64,000 bases of DNA from Ptychomitrium polyphyllum (taxonomy: Eukaryota). The notes under the pieces were generated by a model. That model ran no database searches. It was not told the DNA's origin and worked only from the letters and a program-made list of their open reading frames with translations. Shown piece after piece: positions 13,605 to 26,991 of this stretch; position 1 is the stretch's first letter; every line of letters starts with the position of its first letter. The stretch spans positions 12,152,001 to 12,216,000 of the forward strand of contig OZ316776.1 of the NCBI GenBank assembly GCA_973851085.1. Reading direction: 5' to 3'. Position numbers and translations under genes: made by a program.

Positions 13605-16600
13605 GCCATGCAGTTGGAAAATCATGGCGTACTTGAAGGATCTTCAATCGCAAAGGTCTTAGAGGAAAGCACATAAGTCCTTTATTGTTAAGTAGGCCTT
13701 CTTGAATTCAAAGTCTTCATTATCATTTAAAAGATCATTGTTGTCTTTTTGGCGCCTCTTCATATTTGAAACAAAGACATCATTCTTTAAAGCCCTCTAA
13801 ATTTGTTTGAGATGGGATGTTGAAGTGGTGGTCACCGCTTTTAATTGAAGCTTCTATGGCTTCAACAAAGGAGTCCTTTGTTGATCCAAAACGTCATGTC
13901 CAGGTTTAGAAGCCAAATAAGATCTTTGAGATGGAGCTTTTGGCTTACTTTGTAGGCTATTATGTCGATAGGTAATGACAAAGTCAAATCTAAAAAGTAA
14001 CAAATTCCACCTTATTTGACGGCAATTTACAACATGTGTACTCATAAAGTACTCCAAGTTCTTATGGCCTGTATATATCGTGACAGTATGTTGAGCTCTT
14101 TCCAACAGATGTCTCCATTCTTCAAACACATCCACAATTGCAAGTAATTTTTTTTCATGTATATCATAATTGATCTCTGGCACTGAGAACTTCTTTCAAC
14201 GGAAAGGCAAAAGCATGGGATCATTACGGCTTTGTCATATTTTGAGAGTACCAAGCTAAGTGCAAACTTTCAGGCATCTACTCCCAAACACAAAGGATGT
14301 GATGGAATTTGGTAAATAAAGATTGAAGCCAATGTGAACGACTTCTTAAGACCTTGAAATGCTCCCTCTGCATCTTCATTCCAAGTGAATTCTTGCTTAC
14401 CCGTAAGTCGTGTCAATGGTGCCGCAATCTTGGAATAATCCTTAATGAATATCTTGTTGAAATTTGCAAATTCCAAGAAGCATTGAACATCTTCAAATTG
14501 ATCTTAGCATACTCTACTCTATGACAGTGTTTGTTTTCTTCTCATTTATATGGATTTTCCTTTTGGAAATGATGTAGCTTAAACATTCAACCGAGGATTT
14601 ATAGAAACGGCACTTTTCCAAATTGGCATATAATCTTTGTTGGCATTGTTTCCTAAAACCAGTTGCATGTAATATTTTGTGGTGTTGTTCATCCTTTGAA
14701 TATACCAAAATATCATCCAAGTAGATGACTTCAAAATCGTTCAAATGCTCATAGAAGATATCATTCATCATGTGTTGGAAGATTGCAGGGGCATTAATAA
14801 GGCCAAAATGCATGATGTTGTATTCAAAATGGCCGAACCGAGCTCAAAAGACTATCTTCCAATCATTTCATATTTTGATAAGTACGAGCTTGTAGGCTCC
14901 TCAAAGGTCAATCTTGGAGAACATCTTTGCTTGGCCAAGTTATTATAGGAGTCTTGATATCAGTGATAATAGATAATAATTCTTCTTTGTCACCTTATTG
15001 AGGCCCCAATAGTCCACACACATTTGTAATGATCTATGCTTCTCCTTTATAAATACGATGGATGCTCTAACGAGTGATTTGGAATGTTGGATGAAGCCCT
15101 TTCCAAGATTTTCATCAACATATTCTCTCAAGGTAGTTAGCTCAATCTATGATAGGTTATAAAAAGGTCCAAAAGGTGGTTGGGCTCCTTCTTATAATTT
15201 GATGGCGCCATTGTAAGGGCGGTGCTCTAGAAACCATCCACATTCTTTTTGCAAAGATGTCTTTGTAACCTTCATGTTGATGAGATATGTCTTGATTAGT
15301 CTTATATAAAGCAAGACATCAATGTAGCATAAATGACGTAGATTAATTTATCCTTTGCCGCTTTCATGAACTCCTTAGTTCCAATAACCGACGGTTGAAG
15401 ATTTCTCGTATCTAAACGTCTTTTGCTTGAAACCACAGTCCTTGAGCACCAATCAAAGTTTGGATTGTGTAATTCAAAGCAAGGATGGGCGAAGGCAATA
15501 AGAATTGTTCAACATTGAATGATGTCAAAGACAATTTTAGATGCTTGGTCTCCAAATGCAACCTCCAAAGGATAAGTATCTTCAATAACATTACCAGATG
15601 CAAGAGATCATCCATTGATAACTTCAACAAGTGCGACATGTTTTTTGTTCATAAGCACCATGTGATGTTTGGTTGCAAAATCCTTGTCTATGACGCATGC
15701 CGTTGCACCTTTATTCAAAAGGACTTCATTAAATATTTCATCATTTGACAATTTCATTTTGATAGAAAATACAAAGTAAGAGGTAGGGCTTGGAGGTAAT
15801 ACAGAACTTTGATATAATGGTCGTTTCTTTGTGGTGTCCTGTTGCATGGTTCCTATTGTGACTAGACATTCTTATTTTCCAACTCCACCATTGTGCTTTG
15901 AGCCTTAATGGCGGATTCCTTAATTCAGCAATCGCATATTTTATGTCCACACTTGCCACAACATAAACATAGATTTCATCTTTGATGTATTTCTTTATTT
16001 TATATGAGAGCCACACGTCTGATTTGGGCAGCATCAGTTTGCATAGGTTCAAGTTCTATTGGCCGGCTTTCCAATCCTTTTGAAGAATTGGTCGCCATAC
16101 CTTGATGTACTGGCATCCATCTCAAGCATTGTTCTTAGTGCCTTCCAAATAATCTGTTGTCATATGCTAATGCTTAAGCGATGATTTTGTCCAACGTATC
16201 AACCCTTCGCATTGTGAGTAGCAAATCCTACACACACTCTTTCTCAAGCTCTATATCAAAATTATGACGAAGGCCTCGTCATTCCAATCAAGATTATAAG
16301 CTAGTTGTCAAAACTTTGCAACATATGTAACAGCCAAGCATTGTCTTTGTTATAGACTTTGGATTCTTGTTGTAGCCACCTTCTCATGACGGGTGTCTCC
16401 AAATGTAGTTGTCAATGTTTCCATGAAAGCGTCTAAGTTGTTGAACAATTATGACTTCTTCTTTGCTAACGGTGCAAACTACAATAGTGCATTGTTTGAT
16501 AGAAGAATGGCTACAAATCCCACTTGAGTAGTGTCATCAAAATAGCGAGATGGATGCAAGCTGAGAAAGAGCCTTACTCGATGAACAAAGCCTATCAACT

Positions 16601-17264
16601 TTGGCTTTGATTCACAAAACTTGTCTAGCATAATAATCTTTGGCTCTGCATGGTCTTAATGTATGACTTCTCTTTTAATATTGGCCTCTTGCAATCAAAC
16701 GAGTTCTTGATATAGACTTTTAATATCACCATTGGATATTATAGCCTAACAAGTGTGCTGCTTTAAATTGTTAGTGGTGCTAGAGCAAGGAAGCTCCATT
16801 TGAACTGTGTTTGATAATTCTTGGCGGTGTGCAAAAGTTGCAAACATGTTCTCTCATATTTCTTGTATGTTATCCAAACTTAGATCAATGATTTTTGTAA
16901 TTGTAATTGGAGAAAGTGAGAAATTAGCTTGTAAGGAAATAATAGATAACTCTCAAGGATGTTTCCTATCTTCAAGTTGAAAATCCACATACTTAAAATG
17001 GTCAAAGTGAAGAATATTATTTACATTTCTAAAAGAGGTAGGTATGGTGTTTTGAAAGTTTTATCATTTTTTAAAAGTTATAACAATTTTTTGTAAAGTT
17101 AAAAGTCAACTTATGGTGATAACTTAGAGGAGGGTAATTGGCAACTTCTAAGACGCTTGAGGATCTTAATGAAGATGGATAATCCACTATCTTTTTCAAA
17201 GAAATTTTAATATGACAAAGATATAGAATAGTTTTATTAAATATATTAAGTATGTTAAAACAGG

Positions 17265-17600
17265 AAGTAAGTACATAATGGTTTCCAAGAATGTGCTTTT
17301 AAAGAACAAATAATCAAGAAAAAATTATACAAAGATTATAACAAGGGCAAGATGCAATATGATCTACAACTTATGTTGGCAAGACTAAAGTCTACCATGT
17401 CTTGGCTTGTATTTATACTATAATGCTTGTGTTTCATAGGATTTTTCTACAGAAACTTCCTATAATGCTTAAGATTGTTTTAAAAGCCAATTGAATCTTG
17501 TATAAAAATGCCTCAAGGTGGTAAAATATTCCAAAGGAGATTTTTGAGGATGTAGAATGGCTATGGATATCAAAGACACAAAAATTATGAAGCAAACACA
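17265..17600 (-). repeat. Putative 5' LTR of the chromovirus (strongly diverged)
   Basis: Aligns by eye with 10165-10490 over ~320 bp with many substitutions, and lies upstream of gag on the coding strand. Confidence 0.55.
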
Positions 17601-17735
17601 AAGTGGTTTCCAAAAATTAGATTTTAAAGAACTAATGGTGAAATGTCTAATGATCCTATTAGTTTTATTGCAGTGTCTTTGATGTTTCTTGTATTCCTAG
17701 GTACTCTTTATAATATCTCTAGTCATCCATGGAAG

Positions 17736-17848
17736 AAGAAATTTTAGCACTATGATAGGCCAATATTTTTGAGTTTTCTTGGAAGGCTTTGCAAGAAATT
17801 TTAGCACTATGATAGCCAATATTTTTGAGTTTTCTTGTAAGGATTTGC
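17736..17848. repeat. Tandem duplication, ~57-bp unit x2
   Basis: aagaaattttagcactatgatag(g)ccaatatttttgagttttcttg(g/t)aagg(c/a)tttgc occurs twice head-to-tail. Confidence 0.9.
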
Positions 17849-19865
17849 ACCTTGTTTTGTTGCTCATAACAAATGCAATTTAAAGATGGATGAGAAAATG
17901 AATTGACCAGCTACATGACAATTATTATTGTGAAGAAATTTTTCTTTATAACCATTTCATAAGTGCTTTTAAAATGGTAATCCAAAAATTTGTCCATAAA
18001 AAAAATCTTTTTTCATTTTATATTATTTTAATATCTTTCCATCTTCTCTCATAAACATCTTTTGCCTAAAATATCCATGTCTTTAATTTACAAAAGTTTC
18101 AACCTTGTCTTTGGCAAGGATGTAGAGAAGCCAAGAAAATGCTTTAGTAACTAGACCTTAGGTTTTCAAGGGATTGTATTATATAATAGTATTCTTATAA
18201 AATATTTGCATATTCATATAACATGAATATACATCAGCTTATTGTTCAAAGGATTGAAGTGTGTATTGGAACTATTTTTCTCTTCTAGAAATATTGGTTT
18301 ATTTAGACAAATCATAGTGAGTTGCCTTTGAATTGCAATTTTAGGTGTTTCTATCTAGAAAGTGATCCATCCAAATGCTAAAGAATCTTATGGTTGCATG
18401 TGACTGACAAGTTAGAACCGTTTCCTGTCAAGCGACGAATTAGCAAAAAATTGTAATGTATCCTTTCTGATAATAGCATTTAATTATCAAATATTACTAA
18501 AGCAAATAATTTCATTAGAGTACATATTGCAAAACTATGAATACTGTAGTCAAGAACAACTTTGGCAAAAAATTTAGAAGAAGAGTTTCAAAAATTTCGG
18601 AAATTACTGGGTCCAGAACTGAAATATTTGAAAATAAGAAAATGCTAAACGCTGCATTTCATTATCACGGAGGGTATCATGCAGGTGCTAAATTTGATCT
18701 CTCTTGGTCACCAAAAGATGGTCATTTTTTAAGCACTGCCAGAATGTTATGACATTCTTCTAGAATGCCTGATGGACAATTCTAAGGGCATGTTTACACT
18801 TTGAAAGTTTTTGCTCCAATCTGAAGATGCAAGCATTATCTTGTGTGAAGGAAAAAACTATTGTAAATGGAGTATCTTTCAAAAAATAATTTTTAAGGGG
18901 TGTGATCAAAGTTAAGGTGTAAACCTAAATATGACGGTTATGGTTCATATTGCAAAGAACATAAGAATGATATTTTATATGACCTCCAAAGTCTATTATC
19001 TAAGTCTTGCACCCCAATGTGGAATTTTTTAATACATTTTTTCAAACAATGTGTGCCACCAAAAAAAATTCTACACTATAATATTTTAAAGTTGTACAAG
19101 CATATTATCACACTATCTGTAGATAATACAACTATCACACAAATCCTTGCAAAACCTTCATCTTTGGAAACATGTACTTTGGAACCCATTTTTTCCCATT
19201 TATACAACAAAAAATGATTAAAATTTTTAAAAAAAAACGTGTTCCAAAATGTGTTTACTATGACCATTACATGTCTATCACTAATGAATTCTAAAAAGAG
19301 ATATCCAAGGAAGATAATGGATTTTGAAGAATAATTATTTTGGAAAATTCTTGTGTTAAAGAAAATATTAAAACGATTGTCATCCTAATTTATCACTACA
19401 AAGAAGAAGACACTTGGACCTTCCTGGCCTATTCTCTCATTATTTCAACATCACCTTCCTTGAACAGAATGTTCTAAGAAATTTGGAGTTACAGACGTTT
19501 GTGACAGAGAAAATAATGTATTAAGGAATTTGGTAAATATGAAACTAAATTTTTAAAATAAGATTAGAATTTGACTCCATTGCTACACATAGACTTTGTT
19601 TCAAAGCATTTGCATGGCAAGTCCTAGTCTTGACATATGTACCACTTATGTCCTGGTGTAAAGGTCGGAGACTGTTATCCAAATAGAGTATGAAGAGTGC
19701 TATTGTGTACCTGATCATGCTGGTAATATTTACACAACATGCTGGAATATGTCAATTTTCACAGTAGGAATCCAATGCTCATACCATGCTCGTATCAAAA
19801 TAACATTTGATATTAGGGGCAACACTCTGGAAATACTATCTTTATACATGTATGATATTAAGCAG

Positions 19866-20112
19866 TCCTTTTGATATCTATATCCTTTTGATATTTATAT
19901 CCTTTTGATATCTATATCCTTTTGATATCTATATCCTTTTGATATCTATATCCTTTTGATATCTATATCCTTTTGATATCTATATCCTTTTGATATCTAT
20001 ATCCTTTTGATATCTATATCCTTTTGATATCTATATCCTTTTGATATCTATATCCTTTTGATATCTATATCCTTTTGATATCTATATCCTTTTGATATCT
20101 ATATCCTTTGGA
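19866..20112. repeat. Minisatellite (TCCTTTTGATATCTATA) x14 plus a degenerate partial copy
   Basis: 17-bp unit read directly. Copy 2 has one C>T change; the other full copies appear identical. No spacers. Confidence 0.97.
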
Positions 20113-23100
20113 TATATTTGTTTACTATTGACACTGGAGTGGTATCAAAATCAGGAAAATTGATGATATTCATATCTGTCTGGTGTAAGAAATCAATACT
20201 GGTATGACACTGATATGGACCAACATGTGAAGAACTTGCTTGGTAATAACTGAACAATGAGTGTAGTTTTTCTCAACCTCATGAATTACTTTATTGGTGA
20301 AGCTTTTGACTAAGATTCAGTACGGCACCTACAGATATCCATGCATAGAGAGGACAAGATTTGGAAATCATGGGCAAAACATGTTACATGGGCCAATGTA
20401 TAATTTCAACTATCTGCAGAATTTTACTTTCTTCAATTCTTCACTACTTACAATTCAAGGCAACTCCAAGTTTGATAAACATTTGTACAGTACACTAGTA
20501 TTTTAAGAAAAGGCTTCAATGTAACCAATATATTTCATGTGTTGCATTCTGATTTCCTTTGCCAATGTTGGAATGGTTTGAAACATCACAGGACTGAGAA
20601 ATCCAACACTCAATGGACATTCTAAAATGGTGACCACAATGTAGTATTTTTTTTCAGGCACATTATTGTTAGAGTTATCACCCAAGTTCTCTCCAAAGAT
20701 GAAAATTTTACAAAACATATTTTGAAACATATTTTTATCAAAGAAAAAGAATAAAAATACATATTAGAATGTTTTTTGATAAATTGATGAGGAGCCTTTG
20801 CAATGTTGGGTTTGGTTGCGGAGCCTTAAACTTTGATTTTCCTCAAAATTTACAAAGTTCCTCCAAGTCAATCCTTATTTTGTCTAAGGTGCCCAAAACC
20901 CCTCCAACCGCTTACTCAAAATGGGAATGCTTTAATGTTTATGTCATAGATCAAAAGGAATTATTATTTATTAGAAAGCGTTCACTCCAAAACTTAAGCT
21001 AAAGTAGTTCTAGTTAACAAATAACTCTATTATGTTAAGTTTTTATGCACTGTTCTTATACATTAAGAGCTCATCTACACAGATTGTGATTTGAATTGAA
21101 ATGCAGACTACAGTTTTTGCTTCAATATTGCAACCATAGTATAATTTAGTTTGTAAGATTTTTGGATTCAGGTTTTGAAGAAAGATCAATATACCAGTAC
21201 TCCCAAGATGCACTACATGCATGCGTTGAGAAAGGCAACATTATCAATCAATATATACTCAGAAATAATAAACAACAGTTAAGACCATCTGCACACAGCA
21301 TCTCATCTGGTATCTGAGAGCCATAGCTAATTACAGTACCATCTTGCCTTTTCCATAGGTTGAGCATCTTCCCTCAATGCATAAAGGGCTACAAGTGGCT
21401 GTTCCATCCAGGAAGCATATCAGTTTCATTTTCAATGTTTTGCTTTGTACATGACAAACTACACAGTAAGCAGGACCAGCACGCAAAATGGAGGGTTTCA
21501 CTGCTGAGGTGAGCACCTACTGCCTCAACATTAGTAATGGTATAAACCCATTCATTTTATCATCTTCCTCAGAGGATCCCTCATGGACTTAAACAGATTG
21601 CAAAGAATGACTTTAGTGATGACCTTCTTGTATTGAGGCTACCCTACAGAGGGTCACACCAAAAATGTAGGACATGCCTGATGAAGCACTAAATTCTAGA
21701 GTGGTTGTGTAAATAAAGATTGCAGTATACAATAAATTGAGTACCATAATCATTATCAAATTTACAATAAATTTTTTTAAAGAAGTAAACATAAGAAATG
21801 CCTCTTCCAAATCCTAATTGGTAATAAAAATTTAGTTAATATGCAGTTTACACTATATGAATGAAAAATTCCTAAATTAAATCACATTACTTTTATTTGA
21901 TGTGGCTTGGCAATGCATGCTAAATCACTTGACAAATTTAAATAGACCTTGACTTTGCAACTAAAAATAATTTAATAGCTTACTTCTACTCAATACTATA
22001 AATCTAATAACATTCCTTTTAATTCCATACAATAACATGCTAGTAAGGAATGTAATTTCATCATCATATATCTAAATATAGAATTTTATTCCTCTTTAAC
22101 ATGCCTTTTTTAGTGTACTTCCAATGATGAAATTTTAGAGCACTAATTTCATGTGAAACAACAAAACATGATTAACAAACAAAAATAACAATATAATTAT
22201 TTTCTTGCACAAATATTTCAGTCCTAGAGAAATATTTTAATGATAATTTTTCCTATTCTTGCATTCTTTTGAAAGAATAAAACAAGTATAACTATGTAGA
22301 GAAACCTATAAACATTACCTGTAAGACTCACCAGCTTCCAAACAACCCTCCAAACCTTGGTGACAAACTTTAGCACCTCAGCTCAGTTTAATGCAAAATT
22401 TCACATTCTTAACAACCATGACCAACCAACAACATTGAATAAAAAACAATCACAAAAAAATTAATCAAACTCTTAAGGAAAAAACACAAGTTCATCATTG
22501 TTCACTAACAAAGGCACTCCTTACACCATTGTAGCAATACAAAGGTAGAGATGTATAATCAAGACATAGAAAGCACGGGCAAATTTTCTAGGTAATACTC
22601 AAAACTTATCCAATTTTCAATATACCCACATAAGTACTACTTAAATGTTGTATGAGTACCATCTGAGTACCATGTAGGTATCGGTTAATGACTTTGCAAG
22701 ATGGTTTGAAATTCGGAGGAGTGAGAATTGAAATTTAAGTTGGCATTTTCATACAACGCCAAAATACCAGTCCTATTGTAAGTTGATTTTGTTAACCAAT
22801 AATAGTATTTGAAGCTTATTATTGAAGGATTGAATTGATCCTTGCCACCTCTGAATGGTTGCAGCTTCTTGGTGTCTAATCAAGGTCTATATCAAGGATT
22901 TTCAAGAGGAAAAGTAAGCAAACTTGGACTTGAGCAACCTAGGTTGGCTCCAAAATGATAATGTTGTTTCCAAATGATAATATTGAGGCCTCTACAATAA
23001 AATTCATTGACAACCCAGCTGTCTTGGATTCAACCCCTAACTTTGGAGAATTTATTTAATTTACAGGAATGATATTGATAATGAGTATTTATTTTTGCAA

Positions 23101-26100
23101 AAAGTGATGGATATATTATACTGACTCTACACAACATTTCAACAATATGTATTTTTTTATGTCAATTACATGGTTTTTTTATATTGTTTATTTTACAATT
23201 TTATTTTATTTAATATTCATCTTGCATTCGACTTCCATATGCTTACCTGTTTCTTTTATTACATGACATTACATTCAAATATTGTATTTTTTCAAATTTG
23301 CTTTTACAAAAATTGATTATTTATTATGAATGACAATACTTTAATTGCAATAGAAGATTGAAGAGCGCAAAATTAATTATAGGATAGAATTTGGGAATGT
23401 TTTCAAAATCCAAACAACTTTAGTTATATACATTATTTTAAAAATCATCTTAACAATTAAAATGTTTGTTTGGGCTAAATTTCTATTTCTGCATCTATAT
23501 TGATTTCTATGACTCATAAAGGAATTTAGAAGGGTTAATACATAACACATTAACAAAAAGGAAAAAAATCATCTTGCAATATTACATGGTATTTATATAT
23601 TTAAATAAATTACCATTTTGAATAGAATGCCAAATAAATAATTTTAAATAAATATTTTTAAAAAAACATTGTGATTATCATTATTGGACAATTAATTAAA
23701 AATAAATTGAAAAATCATATTGAAATGTTTTTTTATTAAAAATTATACTTTTATTACATATATTTATCAATAATTTATATTTTGAATTCTATAGTATGTA
23801 TGTAACATTTTAACTATAAGTTTGGCATTGATGGAAATAAAATCAAGAATAAAAGGAAAGAAAGATGTATAATTAACTTTTTGATTTTTGAATTTTTTTA
23901 ATGTTATCATTCATTGATATAACAATATTTCTACCACTATTCAATATAAGAACAAATAGAAGGGCTTTATATTTATTTTGATAGCTTGATATAATGGAAT
24001 GTTGTTTTTTGATTGTTAATATTTTTAAAGAAAGAATCTGGTTAATCTTTGAATGCTCATATGAATCATAGTGTTAATTTTAACAAAAAAAAGAATGCCA
24101 CATTTATAATGGCTCTATTGAAGCTATTATCTTTTTTTAATTTTTTTTTCATTCTTACATGTTAGTAGATTTTATATGAAACATTTGGAAGTTCCAATGA
24201 AGAGCCAAGTAGCATATCAATGTAGAGAAGAATGCTAATTTTATAGCATAAAATGATTTGGACTCACATAAAAAAGTACCATAATTCTTGTATAGGTGAA
24301 ATGCTATTATTTTATTATTGGACTAAACAAAAGTATTAAAAATCTCATCCAATCTTTATAATGTAATAGAAAGAAGAGAGTACGGATGTTTTGATTGAAT
24401 TTATTTAAGCAGCTTCAAATACATTAATGAGCAAGTAAATGATAATAATTTAGAAATAACACAACCACATACTAAATAATTTCTAAGAGGTAGCCATAAA
24501 TGAAGCATCTTTCCTACAGTATACTCATACCGTGGGCACAACCTCATGGACCACATCATGATGGATCCACATCTACCAGTTTCTTGACTCCCCATTCACA
24601 ATTGAAAAACTGGACTCTTTGCAATATTCTAGTTGAATCCAGTTCATGAAAGGGCAAGTCCATGTATTGCTCAAGTATGTTATGTTTGCAATTTGAATCT
24701 CCGGACTTCAAATCATCAGGGACTTGCTGAGTAGGCCATAAAAAGTATGGTGCAACAACATTGAGTGACATTTCAACCTGCTCAAATAGGCACAATGGAT
24801 CATGAACGGCCTTGTCAAGTGTGTCCCACGCAAAACAGACTCTTTCACAGATCGCCTAAGAAACACCCCACGCTAACCGAACCTTCGCAAGAACAGTAAC
24901 TTACAGTACATAGCCTGGCAACGTCTCCAGCAAGGAGCCTCAACAGGTACTCTTTGTCTGTGCTTCTCCAGATACCTCCCTGAGTATAATGGGGTATTAC
25001 AAGAGTATCAGAACAATACCACAAATGTATCACTGAAATAGTGAATGCAGTAAACCCCTTAGGCTGCACTCGTGAGTTATCGACTCACTCGTCTCCTAGA
25101 CAAATGCAAAGAAAAATGCGATAGTTGCAGTTTGCTTGCAGCTCAATAACAAGGAACATACGGTGACATATTCTTGTTACCGATCATCGAGTGCGGGAGC
25201 ACGATCCGAGCGCAGCAAGCCTGGAAGCAGGCTGCAGGACGAAGAAGAAGCCACATATCTGAGTTGAAATAGGTGATTTCCGGATTGGACTCAAGCTGGG
25301 CTAACTTTAGCCCACACCTAGAGGGCTGCAATCCTTGACTCTGGACTTTCAGCGGAATTGGTCGACGTTCGATTGTGGAGCTGGAGTGGTCGGATGGGGC
25401 TAGTGGCTATGCGGACAAATCGGTCCGCCCTTGGATCATTCACAATCGGATTCTGATGATTTCTGAGTTCTCTGATGTCCTGCCATTGCCCACACATTCC
25501 ACCTGCATCGCCGAAAGCCGCGCCTGGCGCCGCGCCGGATTCATCTTTCTCCCTCGTCTTGCGCCGCTCCCACGTGCTCCCCTTGCTCCGCTCCCCTCCC
25601 CCCTCAAGTTTCCAACCCCACTTTTAATTATTACGCCTTTTCGATCCAGTTTGATTAATTCAGCAAATGCGAGGCTCTGTTTTCGCAATCGCATGTGGAT
25701 CACTTGGATTTCGCTTGCTTCTACTCAACTGTTGCGGGTGAGCGAGCGAGTCGTTGTCGGAGTGGGTGTCAGTGACTGAGGTGACCGAGGTTTTTCTGGA
25801 TCTGTTAACGTGATGCGCTTCGGGAGGTAGCAGTCAAGGGAGCCTGGCTGGGTTGGGGTGTGTTGGTGGGCTCTGGTCGACGGCGAGGAGATCTGTGCGG
25901 GAGTAATGGTTGGTTTTGCGTTTTAGATCTAATATTGGGATGAGGTTCGGAGCGCGACTTTTGCATGTTGAGCAGAACAACACGTCGTTTGAGATGGCAT
26001 TGATGGTTTTAGTGATTTCAGATTTGGAATGATCGATTTGCTTGGAATCAGGTTAGTTGAGCCAAGGTTAAGAAGCATTACACGATTTTTTTTTCAATTT

Positions 26101-26991
26101 GACTCTATCAAGTATTTGAAGTCTTTATGGAGTGAAATTATCTTTGAGGTTGGCAACTTGGCGCATGTTAGAACGAGAAAAGGAGATATGGTTTTGTTAT
26201 TGCTTTTCATGATCTTGGAAGTCTTTAGCTATTTCGTAAATCGCTGCATTGTACAAGCTCTTTCAAAGCAGGTTTTCATTCCATTTCAGTTGTTATCTTC
26301 CTAATTTACATCTTGCAGCACATAAAAACTTGTTTATGGCCTTCTGTCGGGGCTTCCACTTTGTGATTTGCTGTCAAGAGATATTGATATTTCTGTGGAG
26401 CATTTCTCTACAGCTTGTTCTCTAGTGTCCTTTATCGAGATTTCTTTCAAGAAGGGATTGCAGCGCGCCTGTCTGTTATGGTTGTGGCTTGGGCACGTTT
26501 CTTGTGCTGAAGTCAGCTCAGAGACAGTTTACTGCCAGAGTGTTTAAGTTCTGGAGCCTTGGAATTCGAGACTAGTACTAGTTTCTCTTCTCTAATTGTT
26601 CACAATCTGTCGCAATGCTCTACCATAGATTGGAGACGACAAAGATTCGTTATTGAAATACCTTGATCAATTGATCTGAATGGAATTTTGCAATGATGTG
26701 ATTTGATTCATGAGCGCTGAGTTTGTACTGGTTACAATGAAGTTCTCGACCTGGCACTCGTAACATGTAAATTCATGAGAGAATTATTTGTGTACTTTGT
26801 TCAAGGGCAATGTGGGAGACGTAGATATAGTGCGATCATGATTAATGTCACTTATCAGCGTTTGTTTTGACAGGATCCTCTTTGTTCACTTCAAACCGTA
26901 ACAGAAGGCACTCTGGAAATGCATAAATTTCGGATTCCAAAGTTTCTAGGCAGGGTGTGACCAGCTTGCCGGGGGTGCAGTTCTCTTCACC

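Larger units (their letters stand above)
10160..17600 (-). mobile_element. Degenerate Ty3/Gypsy LTR retrotransposon (chromovirus), with many stops and frameshifts
   Basis: Minus-strand domain order: gag (~16650-15900, EPKIMLDKF, zinc knuckle CLCCGKCGHKICDC ~15970-15930), protease (VLLNKGATACVID ~15730), RT (LQMCVDYWGLNK, FGLINAPAIFQ, YLDDIL, ~15130-14510), RNase H (YDIHEKKLLAIV...WRHLL), integrase (SILVVVDGFTKMA, IVSDQGPKFIS) and chromodomain (EIKEILDSR...YLIHWQG..WEP, 11517-11263). Outer boundaries are approximate. Confidence 0.93.

Noticed and set aside
19866..20112. CRISPR-like array interpretation of this and the other tandem arrays
   Set aside because: Units are contiguous with no unique spacers, no cas genes are present, and the context is eukaryotic.
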